64,000 bases of DNA, from the sequence record NZ_CP104760.1. The stretch is one strand, 5' to 3'. Positions 1 to 9,527 of this stretch are shown piece after piece. The DNA comes from a plasmid. Below the pieces are notes generated by a model. The model did no database searches. It saw only the letters and a program-made list of their open reading frames with translations, and was not told where the DNA came from. Every line of letters begins with the position of its first letter. Positions within the stretch are counted from its first letter, which is position 1. The position numbers and the translations under genes are program-made.

Positions 1-1602
1 ACCTATCAGCGCTGCCGGGGCATTGGCTACTTTGATGCGACCCGCGCTAAAAACGTGGTATCGCCAGGCAGCGCGCTTGACGCCTCCGTCAGCCCGCAGC
101 GGCTGTTCTTCCCAACCGGTGACGGGCGCCTGGTCGCCATTGATGCGCACACGGGCAAGCCCGCCGCGAACTTTGGCGATAACGGCGTTGTCGACCTGAA
201 GACCGGCATGGGTGAAGTGAAGCCTGGCTACTATCAGCAGTCTTCCGCGCCGTTGGTGGCTGGCAACCTGGTTATCGTCGGCGGCCGCGTTATCGATAAC
301 TTCGAAACCGGTGAGCCGCCGGGCGTGGTTCGCGCCTTCGATGCCGTGACCGGAAAGCTGGTATGGGCGTGGGATCCAGGTAATCCTGCGGTGACGCGCG
401 AGCCGCTCTCCCCGGCAGGTTACACGCGCGGCACGCCAAACGTCTGGGTCGGTATGTCTTATGACGCCGATCTCGGCCAGGTTTACCTGCCAACAGGCAA
501 CGCCACGCCGGACTTCTTCGGTGGCGAACGTACCCCGGAAGATGACAAGTACAGTTCCTCTATCGTGGCGGTCAATGTGGCAACCGGTCGTCCGGTCTGG
601 CACTTCCAGACCGTTCATCACGACCTGTGGGACTTTGATGTCACGGGCACGCCGCTGCTGTATGACATTAAAAACGATGACGGCACCGTCACGCCTGCGC
701 TGGCTGAAACCTCTAAAACCGGCATGATTTACCTGCTCGATCGCCGTAACGGTAAACCGATCGCGCCGATTGAGGAGCGTCCTGTACCACAGGGCAATCT
801 GCCGGGCGAACGCTATTCGCCTACGCAGCCTTACTCCTCAATGCCGGGTATCGGCAATGAGACGCTGAAAGAGTCCGATATGTGGGGCGCCACGCCGTTC
901 GATCAGCTGCTGTGCCGCATTCGCTTTAAGTCCAGTCGCTATGAAGGCATTTTTACTCCTCCTGGGCTGGATATGACGCTGCAATATCCAGGATCGCTTG
1001 GTGGAATTAACTGGGGAGGCGTCTCAGTTGACCCCACGACGAATCTGATGTTTGTTAATGATTTACGTCTGGGTCTGTACTACAAAATGGTCGCTGCCAA
1101 AGACATTCCACCGGGACAAGGCACCAGCGAAGGGATGGGGTGGATTGTCCAGAAAGGGCTTCCGTTTGGTACTTTGCGTGAGCGTCTGATGTCGCCGCTG
1201 GGTGTGCCTTGCCAGGCGCCGCCTTTCGGCACGCTCTCGGCGATTAACCTGAAAACGCATCAGCTGGTATGGCAGATTCCAGTAGGCACCGTCCAGGATA
1301 CCGGGCCGTTAGGGATACCGGTTGGCCTGCAGATGCCGCTGGGTATGCCAACCCTGGGGCCATCGCTGGCCACGCGTTCTGGCCTGCTGTTCTTTGCGGG
1401 TACGCAGGATTTTTATCTGCGCGCGTATAACAGCCACACGGGCGAGGAGCTGTGGAAATCACGTCTGCCAGTGGGTAGCCAGAGCGGTCCCATCACCTAC
1501 CGCTCGGCGAAGACAGGCAAGCAATACGTGGTTATTTTTGCCGGCGGTTCACCACATTCTGGCAAGCGCGGCGATGACGTTATCGCCTACAGCTTGCCCT
1601 GA
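1..1602 (+). CDS. gcd: PQQ-dependent (quinoprotein) glucose dehydrogenase, C-terminal beta-propeller part; the 5' end lies upstream of the window
   Basis: The frame is open from nucleotide 1 and the listed ORF is 55..1602. The translation has PQQ-propeller features: repeated W/G-rich blades and the motifs DGRLVAIDAHTGK and GGINWGG. It ends with a canonical C-terminal region. This is an established membrane GDH fold. Confidence 0.8.
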   Translation, partial: TYQRCRGIGYFDATRAKNVVSPGSALDASVSPQRLFFPTGDGRLVAIDAHTGKPAANFGDNGVVDLKTGMGEVKPGYYQQSSAPLVAGNLVIVGGRVIDNFETGEPPGVVRAFDAVTGKLVWAWDPGNPAVTREPLSPAGYTRGTPNVWVGMSYDADLGQVYLPTGNATPDFFGGERTPEDDKYSSSIVAVNVATGRPVWHFQTVHHDLWDFDVTGTPLLYDIKNDDGTVTPALAETSKTGMIYLLDRRNGKPIAPIEERPVPQGNLPGERYSPTQPYSSMPGIGNETLKESDMWGATPFDQLLCRIRFKSSRYEGIFTPPGLDMTLQYPGSLGGINWGGVSVDPTTNLMFVNDLRLGLYYKMVAAKDIPPGQGTSEGMGWIVQKGLPFGTLRERLMSPLGVPCQAPPFGTLSAINLKTHQLVWQIPVGTVQDTGPLGIPVGLQMPLGMPTLGPSLATRSGLLFFAGTQDFYLRAYNSHTGEELWKSRLPVGSQSGPITYRSAKTGKQYVVIFAGGSPHSGKRGDDVIAYSLP

Positions 1603-1675
1603 TGGCAGACGCCTGTAGCAGGTGAACAGCGCTCAGGAGAGCCGTGAGTGACGCTCGCGGCTCGCCTGTTACTGG

Positions 1676-2587
1676 CTACTGATAGATGATTCCCGGCGGG
1701 TTCACCTCTGACGCGCTGACCGCTTCGCTCGACTGTCCCCACCGCTTTAACGCCTCACGATACTTCCCGTTCTGAATCAGCCCGTTTATCGCCTCCTGCA
1801 GCGCGATGTCCAGGCCGTTTCCCTTTTTGCTTGTGACGGCGACCGGCGTACGATAAGGGCCATAGCCGATGATTTTGGTTTTCCCGTTCAGCGCGACTTT
1901 CCAGGAGGCGGAAGAATCTGGACCAAACATTGCGTCGGCGCGTCCTGAAAGCAGGTAGAGCATGGAGGAGGCTTCGTCCGACAGATAGATGAAGTCGACA
2001 GGCTTCAGCCCCTTTGCCCGGTTTTTTTCATCCCAGCTGAGCAGTATTCTCTCCTGATTGGTGCCCGACTGAACGATGATGCGCTTGCCTGCCGCTTCCT
2101 CAGGGGAGTTGATGCTGGTCAGGCTGCTGTCAGCCCTGGCGGAAAAGCTCTGTCGGCTGGAGCGGTAGGTGGCGAAATCAAACTTCTTTTTTCTCTCCTC
2201 GGTGACCGCGATATTAAACATGGCCGCATCATACCGCCCGGAGGTAATGCCCAGCGGCCAGTCCTCCCAGGCGGCCGGAATAATTCTCAGCTTCAGCCCC
2301 AGGCTCTGCGCAATCAGCGACGCGATGTCCGGATCGCTGCCGATAAGCGATTTATTGTCAGAGCCGAGAAAGTAGAGAGGCGGCGAATGGGTGGTTGAAA
2401 TGGCGATGGTCAGATAGCCCGGCGTAATAAAGTGAAAATCTGCAGGTATTTTTGCGACAGCGTTGGGGTTAATCGGGGCGCTCAGCGGTTGTTCATTTTT
2501 GACAATATCCACGCGCTTAAAATCATCTGCATAGAGCGTGAGAGGAAGAAAGAGGGTAAAACAAAGCAGTTTTGCTAATAAGTTCAT
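1676..2587 (-). CDS. Periplasmic solute-binding protein (family 3, amino acid / cystine type) of an ABC transporter
   Basis: N-terminal signal peptide (MNLLAKLLCFTLFLPLTLYA). About 300 aa. Paralogous to the ORF at 5000..5941. Lies in an operon with an ABC ATPase and permease. Confidence 0.8.
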   Translation of the reverse strand: MNLLAKLLCFTLFLPLTLYADDFKRVDIVKNEQPLSAPINPNAVAKIPADFHFITPGYLTIAISTTHSPPLYFLGSDNKSLIGSDPDIASLIAQSLGLKLRIIPAAWEDWPLGITSGRYDAAMFNIAVTEERKKKFDFATYRSSRQSFSARADSSLTSINSPEEAAGKRIIVQSGTNQERILLSWDEKNRAKGLKPVDFIYLSDEASSMLYLLSGRADAMFGPDSSASWKVALNGKTKIIGYGPYRTPVAVTSKKGNGLDIALQEAINGLIQNGKYREALKRWGQSSEAVSASEVNPPGIIYQ

Positions 2588-2788
2588 CGGGCGGTCCTTA
2601 TCTGGCCGAGGCGTGGCCTTAATTAATAATGACGGGAGTGCATATCTTTTTATTCGCGTATCAGCGGGAAATAACGATATCCTGTTTTAACGCGTTTGCT
2701 TAATAACCATTCCGGCTATCAAAGCCGTTATATTAAATAACGGCTTTTCTTTGGGGCGGGAGGAAAGCAAGAAGACGCTCAATAACTT

Positions 2789-3577
2789 TTATAGCACCCG
2801 TGACAGGAACTGTCGGGTGCGCTCATTTTTGGCATCCGCCAGAATTTCCGCACCGCCGGTTTCAATAATTTTCCCGTGATCCATAAAGACAATATTGTCG
2901 GCAACTTCGCGTGCAAACCCAATTTCGTGCGTCACCACGACCATCGTGGTACCTGAGCGGGCCAGGTTTTTGATAACCTCCAGCACTTCGCCCACCAGCT
3001 CGGGATCGAGCGCTGAGGTTGGCTCATCAAAAAGCATCACGCGCGGCCTGAGCATCAGCGCGCGGGCAATCGCTATACGCTGCTGCTGACCGCCCGACAG
3101 ATGTCGCGGCCAGGCGTCGGCCTTATGGGCGAGTCCCACGGTGGTCAGCAGCCTGCTGGCGAGCGCGATAGCCTCATCTTTCTTCAGCTGCTTATGCGCG
3201 ACCGGCGCCTCAATTAAGTTCTGCAGAACGGTCATATGGGGGAAAAGGTTAAAGTTCTGAAAGACGTAACCCACGTTAATGCGTTGCTTAAGGATCTCCT
3301 TCTCCTTAAGCTCGTGAAGCCGATCGTTTTTCTTTCTGTAACCGATATATTCCCCGTCTATTTGAATAAAGCCCTGATCGACGCGCTCAAGGTGGTTGAT
3401 GGTTCTTAACAGCGTTGATTTTCCCGAGCCGGAAGGCCCCAGAATAACGGTAACGGTACCCGGTTTAATATTGAGCGAAATATCATCCAGCGCCTTATGG
3501 CGTCCAAAGTATTTTGTGATGGATGAAATCACGATCTCACCGCGCAGAGGCTTATCGAAATCGACGGCTTTAAGCAT
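2789..3577 (-). CDS. Amino-acid ABC transporter ATP-binding protein (GlnQ/TcyN-like)
   Basis: Walker [13 protein letters not shown] signature [15 protein letters not shown], Walker [12 protein letters not shown] and H-loop VTHE. Confidence 0.9.
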   Translation of the reverse strand: MLKAVDFDKPLRGEIVISSITKYFGRHKALDDISLNIKPGTVTVILGPSGSGKSTLLRTINHLERVDQGFIQIDGEYIGYRKKNDRLHELKEKEILKQRINVGYVFQNFNLFPHMTVLQNLIEAPVAHKQLKKDEAIALASRLLTTVGLAHKADAWPRHLSGGQQQRIAIARALMLRPRVMLFDEPTSALDPELVGEVLEVIKNLARSGTTMVVVTHEIGFAREVADNIVFMDHGKIIETGGAEILADAKNERTRQFLSRVL

Positions 3578-4483
3578 TTAATTTTCCTCTACGGCCTGGA
3601 TGGATTTTACGCGTGAGAATAAAGGTTTCAGCGATCCTTGCGGGCTGCGCTGCGCGCTTTTCGCCAGATGCCGTTCGACAAAATACTGAATGGCGGAGAG
3701 TGCCGTAGTGATAATCAAATACCAGGCTGCGCCCACCATCAGCAGCGGAATGACCTCCTGGTTGCGGTTGTAGATCATCTGAATGGTGTAAAACAGCTCC
3801 GGCATGGCCAGCACATAAACCATCGCGGTTCCCTTCGCCAGACTGATGATTTCATTAAAAGCAGTAGGAATAATGGCTCTAAGCGCCTGCGGCAGGATAA
3901 TGCGCAGGGTTCTGCGCCGCGCGGAAAGCCCCAGCGCTGCGGCTGCCTCAAACTGGCCATGATCGACGCCCATAAAGCCGCCGCGAATGATCTCCGCGCT
4001 GTAGGCGGACTGTACTAATGTCAGGCCGATCACCGCGGCGGGAAACTGTCCAAGCACGTTGATCGTCGGGAAACTGCCCCAGCTCAGCGTGGTAAAGGGG
4101 ATGCCTATTGAGAGCCGGTCATAGAGATAGGAGAAGTTATAAAGCACGATTAGCACCACGATCAGCGGCAGCGAGCGAAACAGCCAGATATAGCCCCAGG
4201 AGAGCGTCCGCAGCAGCCATGAGGATGACATACGCGCCATCGCGAGCAGGCCGCCAAACAGCAGGCTAAGTACGGTGCCCCACAGCGTCAGCAGCAGCGT
4301 CTGCCATAAACCGTGAATAATAACCGGATCAAAAAACCATCGCGCAAATACGCCCCATTCCCAGCGCGGGTTCAGCGCGACTGACTGAATAATCCCGGCG
4401 AAAATCGCCAGCGCGAAGATACTGCCTGCGATCCTTCCGGGATAGCGCGCCGGAACGACTTTTAATGTGTGGTGTTTATTCAT
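3578..4483 (-). CDS. Amino-acid ABC transporter permease
   Basis: Polytopic hydrophobic protein with an EAA-like loop (SAYSAEIIRGGF...). Its stop abuts the ATPase start. Confidence 0.85.
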   Translation of the reverse strand: MNKHHTLKVVPARYPGRIAGSIFALAIFAGIIQSVALNPRWEWGVFARWFFDPVIIHGLWQTLLLTLWGTVLSLLFGGLLAMARMSSSWLLRTLSWGYIWLFRSLPLIVVLIVLYNFSYLYDRLSIGIPFTTLSWGSFPTINVLGQFPAAVIGLTLVQSAYSAEIIRGGFMGVDHGQFEAAAALGLSARRRTLRIILPQALRAIIPTAFNEIISLAKGTAMVYVLAMPELFYTIQMIYNRNQEVIPLLMVGAAWYLIITTALSAIQYFVERHLAKSAQRSPQGSLKPLFSRVKSIQAVEEN

Positions 4484-4998
4484 CAGGAATTCACTTCAAG
4501 AGGGTCAATGGCCTTGCGGAAACCCAGTCGGCCGTCGTAAGGAGGCAGCGAGTAGCGCTCCAGATCGCCGCTCAGATCGTGCAGGGCGTGAAAACCGTGG
4601 CGCAGATAGAGCCGGGTGGCGCCGCGCTGCCGGAAGCCGGTTGTCAGGTAGATCTGGCTATAGCCCGCTTTCGCCGCCAGTCTCTCCAGCTCCGATAATA
4701 TTTCTCCCGCCAGGCCCTGCTGGCGAAGATCGGATCGCACCCAGATGCGCTTGAATTCGGCGGTCTGCGCGTCATAGCGTTTAAAGCCGCCCATGGCGAG
4801 GATCTGGCCCGCCTTCTCCAGCACGATAAAGCCACCCTGAGGCGGCAGATACCATTCGGTTTGTTCAGGCACGGCGTGACGAGAAAAGTAGTCGCCATAG
4901 ATGCTGGCGTACTCTTCCATTAGCCCTTTCATAATCTCTGCGAGCGCCTCGTCAGCCGGCGAGACGAGGCGAAAAGCGTAGCTGCTCTCCAGCGGCAT
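4483..4998 (-). CDS. GNAT family N-acetyltransferase
   Basis: 171 aa with acetyl-CoA-binding motif context (RQQGLAGEILSELERLAAKAGY). Overlaps the permease start by 1 nt, so it is in the operon. Confidence 0.7.
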   Translation of the reverse strand: MPLESSYAFRLVSPADEALAEIMKGLMEEYASIYGDYFSRHAVPEQTEWYLPPQGGFIVLEKAGQILAMGGFKRYDAQTAEFKRIWVRSDLRQQGLAGEILSELERLAAKAGYSQIYLTTGFRQRGATRLYLRHGFHALHDLSGDLERYSLPPYDGRLGFRKAIDPLEVNS

Positions 4999-4999
4999 A

Positions 5000-5941
5000 C
5001 TAATCTCCCAGTCCTGGCGGATTAATTTCAGAGCGATCGATTTTTTCGATCCCCTCGCCCCAGCGATTCAGCACCTTGAGGTAGTCACCGTTTTCAATAA
5101 CGCCGTTAAGCGCGACGTTAACGGCGTTTACCAGCCCTGAATCTTTTTTAACGGCCGCGCCGATATGTGCCGTTTTCGGCCAGCCGCCTGCCACGCTGCC
5201 GACCCGATGCGTAGTGCCCGTCAGGGCGGCTTTCCAGGCGCCGATCACATTAGGGCCAAAGTAGGCATCTGCGCGTCCCGATTGCAGCGTCAGATTGAGC
5301 ATCGCTTCATCGCGGGAATAAACCGGAGTGAAGGGTTTAAGCCCTTTCGCCTGATTCTGCTTGTCCCAGGCCAGCAGCACCGCTTCCTGATTGGTGCCGG
5401 AGGTCACGATAATGCGCAGCCCGGCAATATCCTCTGGCTTAGAGATTGAGGTAATGGGGCTATCCTTTTTCACGTAGAAGCCCAGCGTATCGCGGCGATA
5501 GGTGGCGAAGTCAAACTTTGCCTTGCGCGCGTTCGTTACCGTTACGTTGGTGATAGCGGCATCATATTTCCCTGCGATAACGCCCAGCGGCCAGTCTTCC
5601 CACGAGGTCGGGACGATATTCAGCTTCAGGCCCAGGCTATCCGCGATCAGCCTTGCCATATCGACCTCGCTGCCGAGCAGGGTTTTATTGTCGTCGGCAT
5701 AAACAAAAAGCGGGGGAGAGTTATGTGCCAGTACTGCCACGGTAAAGTAGCCGGGCTTTACAAAATGAAAGTCCTTTGGCAGCACGGCAAGCGCCGCGGG
5801 ATTTTCAGGCGTATCGACAGGTTGTTTATTCGCTTCGAGGCTGATGGGCTGACCGTTCAGCGAGACAGCGTTCTCATCCGCCAGCACCGGACAGGTGGCG
5901 AATAACAGCAGAGCGACTGAAAGCGTTTTTTTGATATTCAT
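5000..5941 (-). CDS. Second periplasmic solute-binding protein (family 3)
   Basis: Signal peptide [21 protein letters not shown]. Similar in length and motifs to 1676..2587 (the WEDWPLG and SGTNQE blocks are shared). Confidence 0.8.
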   Translation of the reverse strand: MNIKKTLSVALLLFATCPVLADENAVSLNGQPISLEANKQPVDTPENPAALAVLPKDFHFVKPGYFTVAVLAHNSPPLFVYADDNKTLLGSEVDMARLIADSLGLKLNIVPTSWEDWPLGVIAGKYDAAITNVTVTNARKAKFDFATYRRDTLGFYVKKDSPITSISKPEDIAGLRIIVTSGTNQEAVLLAWDKQNQAKGLKPFTPVYSRDEAMLNLTLQSGRADAYFGPNVIGAWKAALTGTTHRVGSVAGGWPKTAHIGAAVKKDSGLVNAVNVALNGVIENGDYLKVLNRWGEGIEKIDRSEINPPGLGD

Positions 5942-7254
5942 TGACCCGCCTGCCGTTGCGTTATTTTTTTGTTCAGCAAATTCTCCCGCAGGGTATTTGC
6001 GCGATAGCTTTTGGGCGTAAGCCCTCTTTCCTGAAGAAGCGGCACGACCCGATCGACGAAGCGGGGAAACGTATCGGGCGTTCCGCCCATGATGATAAAA
6101 CCGTCTGCTGCTCTGTTCTCAAACCAGTGCTGCAGTCCGTCGGCTACCTCTTCTGCCGTGCCGATAAACACCGGACGCGGCGTCGCGGACTCCAGCGCCG
6201 CCTGGCGTAGCGTAAAGCCTTGCTCTTTCGCCTTGCGTTTGATTTCGTCGGTATAGCCGCGAAAGCTGTTCTGCCCGAGCGTGCCCAGCTCCGGGAAAGG
6301 TTCGTCGAGCGGATACTGTGAAAAATCATGGTGATCAAAATAGCGACCCAGGAAGTTCAGTGCCTCCTCGACGGAAACCAGCCCGGCGACGGACTGATAC
6401 TGCTTTTCCGCATCCTCGGCGGACTCACCGACAATCACCGTCACGCCCTGCAAAATCGCTAAGTCAGCTTCGCTGCGCCCATAGTTGTTCAGCTCTCCTT
6501 TCAGGGATTCATAATAGGCCTGCGCTTTTTCGACGCTGTCCTGACGGGTAAAGACCGCCTCTGCCTGGGCGGCGGCGAGCGCGATCCCCGCATCGGAGGT
6601 GCCCGCCTGGAATATAACCGGCTGCCCCTGCGCCGAACGTCCTATATTCAGCGGACCCTGAACCTGAAAATATTTACCTTCGTGATTGAGGGTGTGCATT
6701 TTCTCCGGTTCAAAGAACTGGCCCGTCTCTTTATTGCGCACAAACGCATCTTCATCCCAGGAGTTCCATAAGCCTTTCACCACCTCGATATACTCTTGCG
6801 CTATCTGGTAGCGCTCTCCATGGTCGGGATGCTTCTCGCGGGAAAAGTTTTTCGCCGAGCCCTCAAGCGGCGTCGTGACCACGTTCCAGCCCGCCCGCCC
6901 ATCACTGAGATGATCGAGGCTCATAAATTGCCGGGCAACGGTAAACGGTTCGCTGTAGGAGGTCGAGACGGTGCCGACCAGTCCGATTTTGCGGGTTACC
7001 AGCGCCAGCGCGGAGAGCAGCGTCATCGGCTCAAAGCGGTTGAGAAAGTGGGGCGCGGATTTTGCGTTAATAAAGAGGCCATCGGCGACAAAGACAAAAT
7101 CGAAAATTCCCTCTTCCGCCTTGGTCGCAATGCTGCGTGCGAAATCAAAGCTGATGCTGGCATCTGCCTGCGCGGTTTGATGACGCCATGCGGACATATT
7201 TCCCATCGCGCCATGGATCATGGTGCCAAGATGCATTTTCCTGTTTTTCATCAT
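5938..7254 (-). CDS. FMNH2-dependent LLM-class monooxygenase (NtaA/SnaA/DszA-like family)
   Basis: 438 aa with an N-terminus ([20 protein letters not shown]...[10 protein letters not shown]) characteristic of nitrilotriacetate-monooxygenase-type flavin monooxygenases. Overlaps the downstream SBP gene by 4 nt. Confidence 0.85.
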   Translation of the reverse strand: MMKNRKMHLGTMIHGAMGNMSAWRHQTAQADASISFDFARSIATKAEEGIFDFVFVADGLFINAKSAPHFLNRFEPMTLLSALALVTRKIGLVGTVSTSYSEPFTVARQFMSLDHLSDGRAGWNVVTTPLEGSAKNFSREKHPDHGERYQIAQEYIEVVKGLWNSWDEDAFVRNKETGQFFEPEKMHTLNHEGKYFQVQGPLNIGRSAQGQPVIFQAGTSDAGIALAAAQAEAVFTRQDSVEKAQAYYESLKGELNNYGRSEADLAILQGVTVIVGESAEDAEKQYQSVAGLVSVEEALNFLGRYFDHHDFSQYPLDEPFPELGTLGQNSFRGYTDEIKRKAKEQGFTLRQAALESATPRPVFIGTAEEVADGLQHWFENRAADGFIIMGGTPDTFPRFVDRVVPLLQERGLTPKSYRANTLRENLLNKKITQRQAGQ

Positions 7255-7339
7255 ATTCCAGATTAATCAATGCCGGTAAATAAGACGTATGAATAGCCGC
7301 CGCTTTTACCTGGGGCGGCTATTTATCCCTGACGTCACG

Positions 7340-8347
7340 TTAATTAAGCGATCTATTCGCTAGCAGTTCGATCGATCTCACCCGGGCGCGCGCTTCCGCG
7401 ACAGGCGTATCAACGATGAATTCATCAATATGATATTTCTCATGCAGTCGCGTCAGCTTTTGGTGGATATCGCCAGCGGTGCCGTGCAGCAGCGACGGCA
7501 TCCGCTTTTCAATGGTGTAATGCTGATACCCCGCCTGCCTGACGTAGAGTTCAGCCAGCTCGTAAGTCGAGACGTTAACGCCCGGCTGGCCTTCGGCCAT
7601 GACGTGATAAACACACAGGCCCTCAGCGAGCGCGGCGGCCTCAGCCTGGGTGGTGGCGGCGATGACCTGAAGCGCCACCAGCGCTTTTTTGCCGCCGCTG
7701 TGCTCCGTGTAGGCCAGCAAAGCGTCCTGCATCAGCTGTTCGTCGCCGTTGATGTGTGCCGCATAGACAAAATCCCACCCCAGCTCGGCGGCGAGCCGGG
7801 CGCTTTCCCGGCTGGCGCCGAGTAAAAATCGCGAGGCGGGCTGAGCAGGGGCGGGCGTCGCCTTGAGTTCCTTCTGCTTTTCCTCCCGCGCTGGCCGTAA
7901 CCAGCCGTCCAGCAGGCGAATCTGAGCGGCAAAGTCGCCTTTTTCTGCGGGATTCACGCCCTGTTGCAGCGCCCTGGTGGCAAGCGGCAGGCCGCCGGGC
8001 GCTTTACCCACACCTAAATCGATACGGTCAGGCGCAAGCGCAGAAAGCAGGTTAAAATTCTCCGCTACTTTATAAGGGCTGTAGTGCTGGAGCATGACCC
8101 CGCCTGAGCCGAGCCGAATGCTTTTCGTCTCGCCGATCGCTCTGGCGATCAGCAACTCCGGCGAAGGGCTGGCCAGGGCCGTGGAGTTATGGTGCTCCGC
8201 AAACCAGTAGCGGTGATAGCCTAATCGCTCCGCTATCTGAACGAGCTGCAATGAGCGAGACAGTGCGCTCGCTGCGTCTTCAGATTTATCGAGCGGGCAT
8301 TTATCCAAAATGCTTAGCTGGTAGGTCATTTGTCCTCCTGTATACAT
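7340..8347 (-). CDS. Luciferase-like (LLM) flavin-dependent oxidoreductase, MsnO8/YhbW-like
   Basis: 335 aa with N-terminus MTYQLSILDK...LGYHRYWFAEHH, typical of the bacterial luciferase family. First gene of the minus-strand operon. Confidence 0.8.
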   Translation of the reverse strand: MYTGGQMTYQLSILDKCPLDKSEDAASALSRSLQLVQIAERLGYHRYWFAEHHNSTALASPSPELLIARAIGETKSIRLGSGGVMLQHYSPYKVAENFNLLSALAPDRIDLGVGKAPGGLPLATRALQQGVNPAEKGDFAAQIRLLDGWLRPAREEKQKELKATPAPAQPASRFLLGASRESARLAAELGWDFVYAAHINGDEQLMQDALLAYTEHSGGKKALVALQVIAATTQAEAAALAEGLCVYHVMAEGQPGVNVSTYELAELYVRQAGYQHYTIEKRMPSLLHGTAGDIHQKLTRLHEKYHIDEFIVDTPVAEARARVRSIELLANRSLN

Positions 8348-9527
8348 GTTTGCATTTTTTTATTTATTGCCTGTGATTGCAAAGAACAAAAAAGCAAAAA
8401 CAAATTATCTATCTGGCAATGCAGCAAGCTTTTTTCTGGGCTCGGTTGTCACTTTTCTGCTTTTTCACTCTTTTTCGCTAAGCGATCAACTTTAAATTAA
8501 GGGCGTTTGCCGGGCGGTGGGGAGCCAGAAAATCAACGGCTTTAACCGCTTATTAGCGGGAAAGGATTGCCTGACAGGATGAATGATATGAAACCATCAA
8601 GATAAAGCGTGACAAATACCTTTTTTAACTAACAGTTATTTCTAAGCGTGAGATCGCTAAGACAAGAAGAAAGAGAGTGGCAATTACTGATTTTCAGCCA
8701 ACGGGATTGTTATTATTTCAAACAGGCGAACCCGGGTAGTAATCGATCCCACCCTAAACGAGACGTTAAAGCGTAACGCGGCGGATGAGGATAGTGAGCA
8801 TTTTGTAACTTTTTGATGTTTAAATATTGGCTGTTTCGCCCGAAGGAAATTTACGCACGGGCATCAACTTTTAGCCGTTAACAAGGCGTTTGAGCAAGAG
8901 GGCGGGAAAGAGAGGTATTTTGCGGTAAAGAACTGACGGCACAGGTTTGCGTCGGGAAAATAACCGAACGCCATCTTATGGGATTAATAGTAGATTAAAA
9001 TAACACACTCCAGCTCTTCCTGAAGACGGTATACTTCTTTGAAGTAACTTTGGCATTCGGCGTTGTTATAGTTAGCCGCATCATTATTTTTCAGGCGCTC
9101 ACATATCTTGCCATAAAGAAAGCGGTAAGCGTGCTTGTCCGAATTTTCGCCATGGCAAACAAAATGAAGGAAATTCAGGGTATGTCCATACTCTATAAAG
9201 CCCAGGGCCGCAGCCGGGATAAAATATGCCTTTTTGATAATCTACCAGTCGATATTTTCTGAACAGGGCTTTGTTTCCCTTTGGGCGGGGCGCTACCTTC
9301 TTACGCGGCGGCACCTGATACCATAACCGTTGCTGGCGGCAAAATTAACTTTAACGCTTCAGTTATAGCGGCCCCTGTGCGGTATATAATTCATCTGATG
9401 GCCAGCATGCCACGCTGGGTCAGATTGCCAGAGACAGCGCGTAATCCCCTTACCCGTTACACCGGCGAAGGATTACGCGCGGAAATGTCCTCACAAAAGC
9501 GCTGACAGAACAGATGCCAGCCTGAAA

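Noticed and set aside
9050-9314. Small overlapping ORFs (70 and 71 aa) in the AT-rich region left of iutA, considered as an IS or regulatory gene remnant
   Set aside because: No recognisable motif and atypical composition. More likely non-coding junction DNA.
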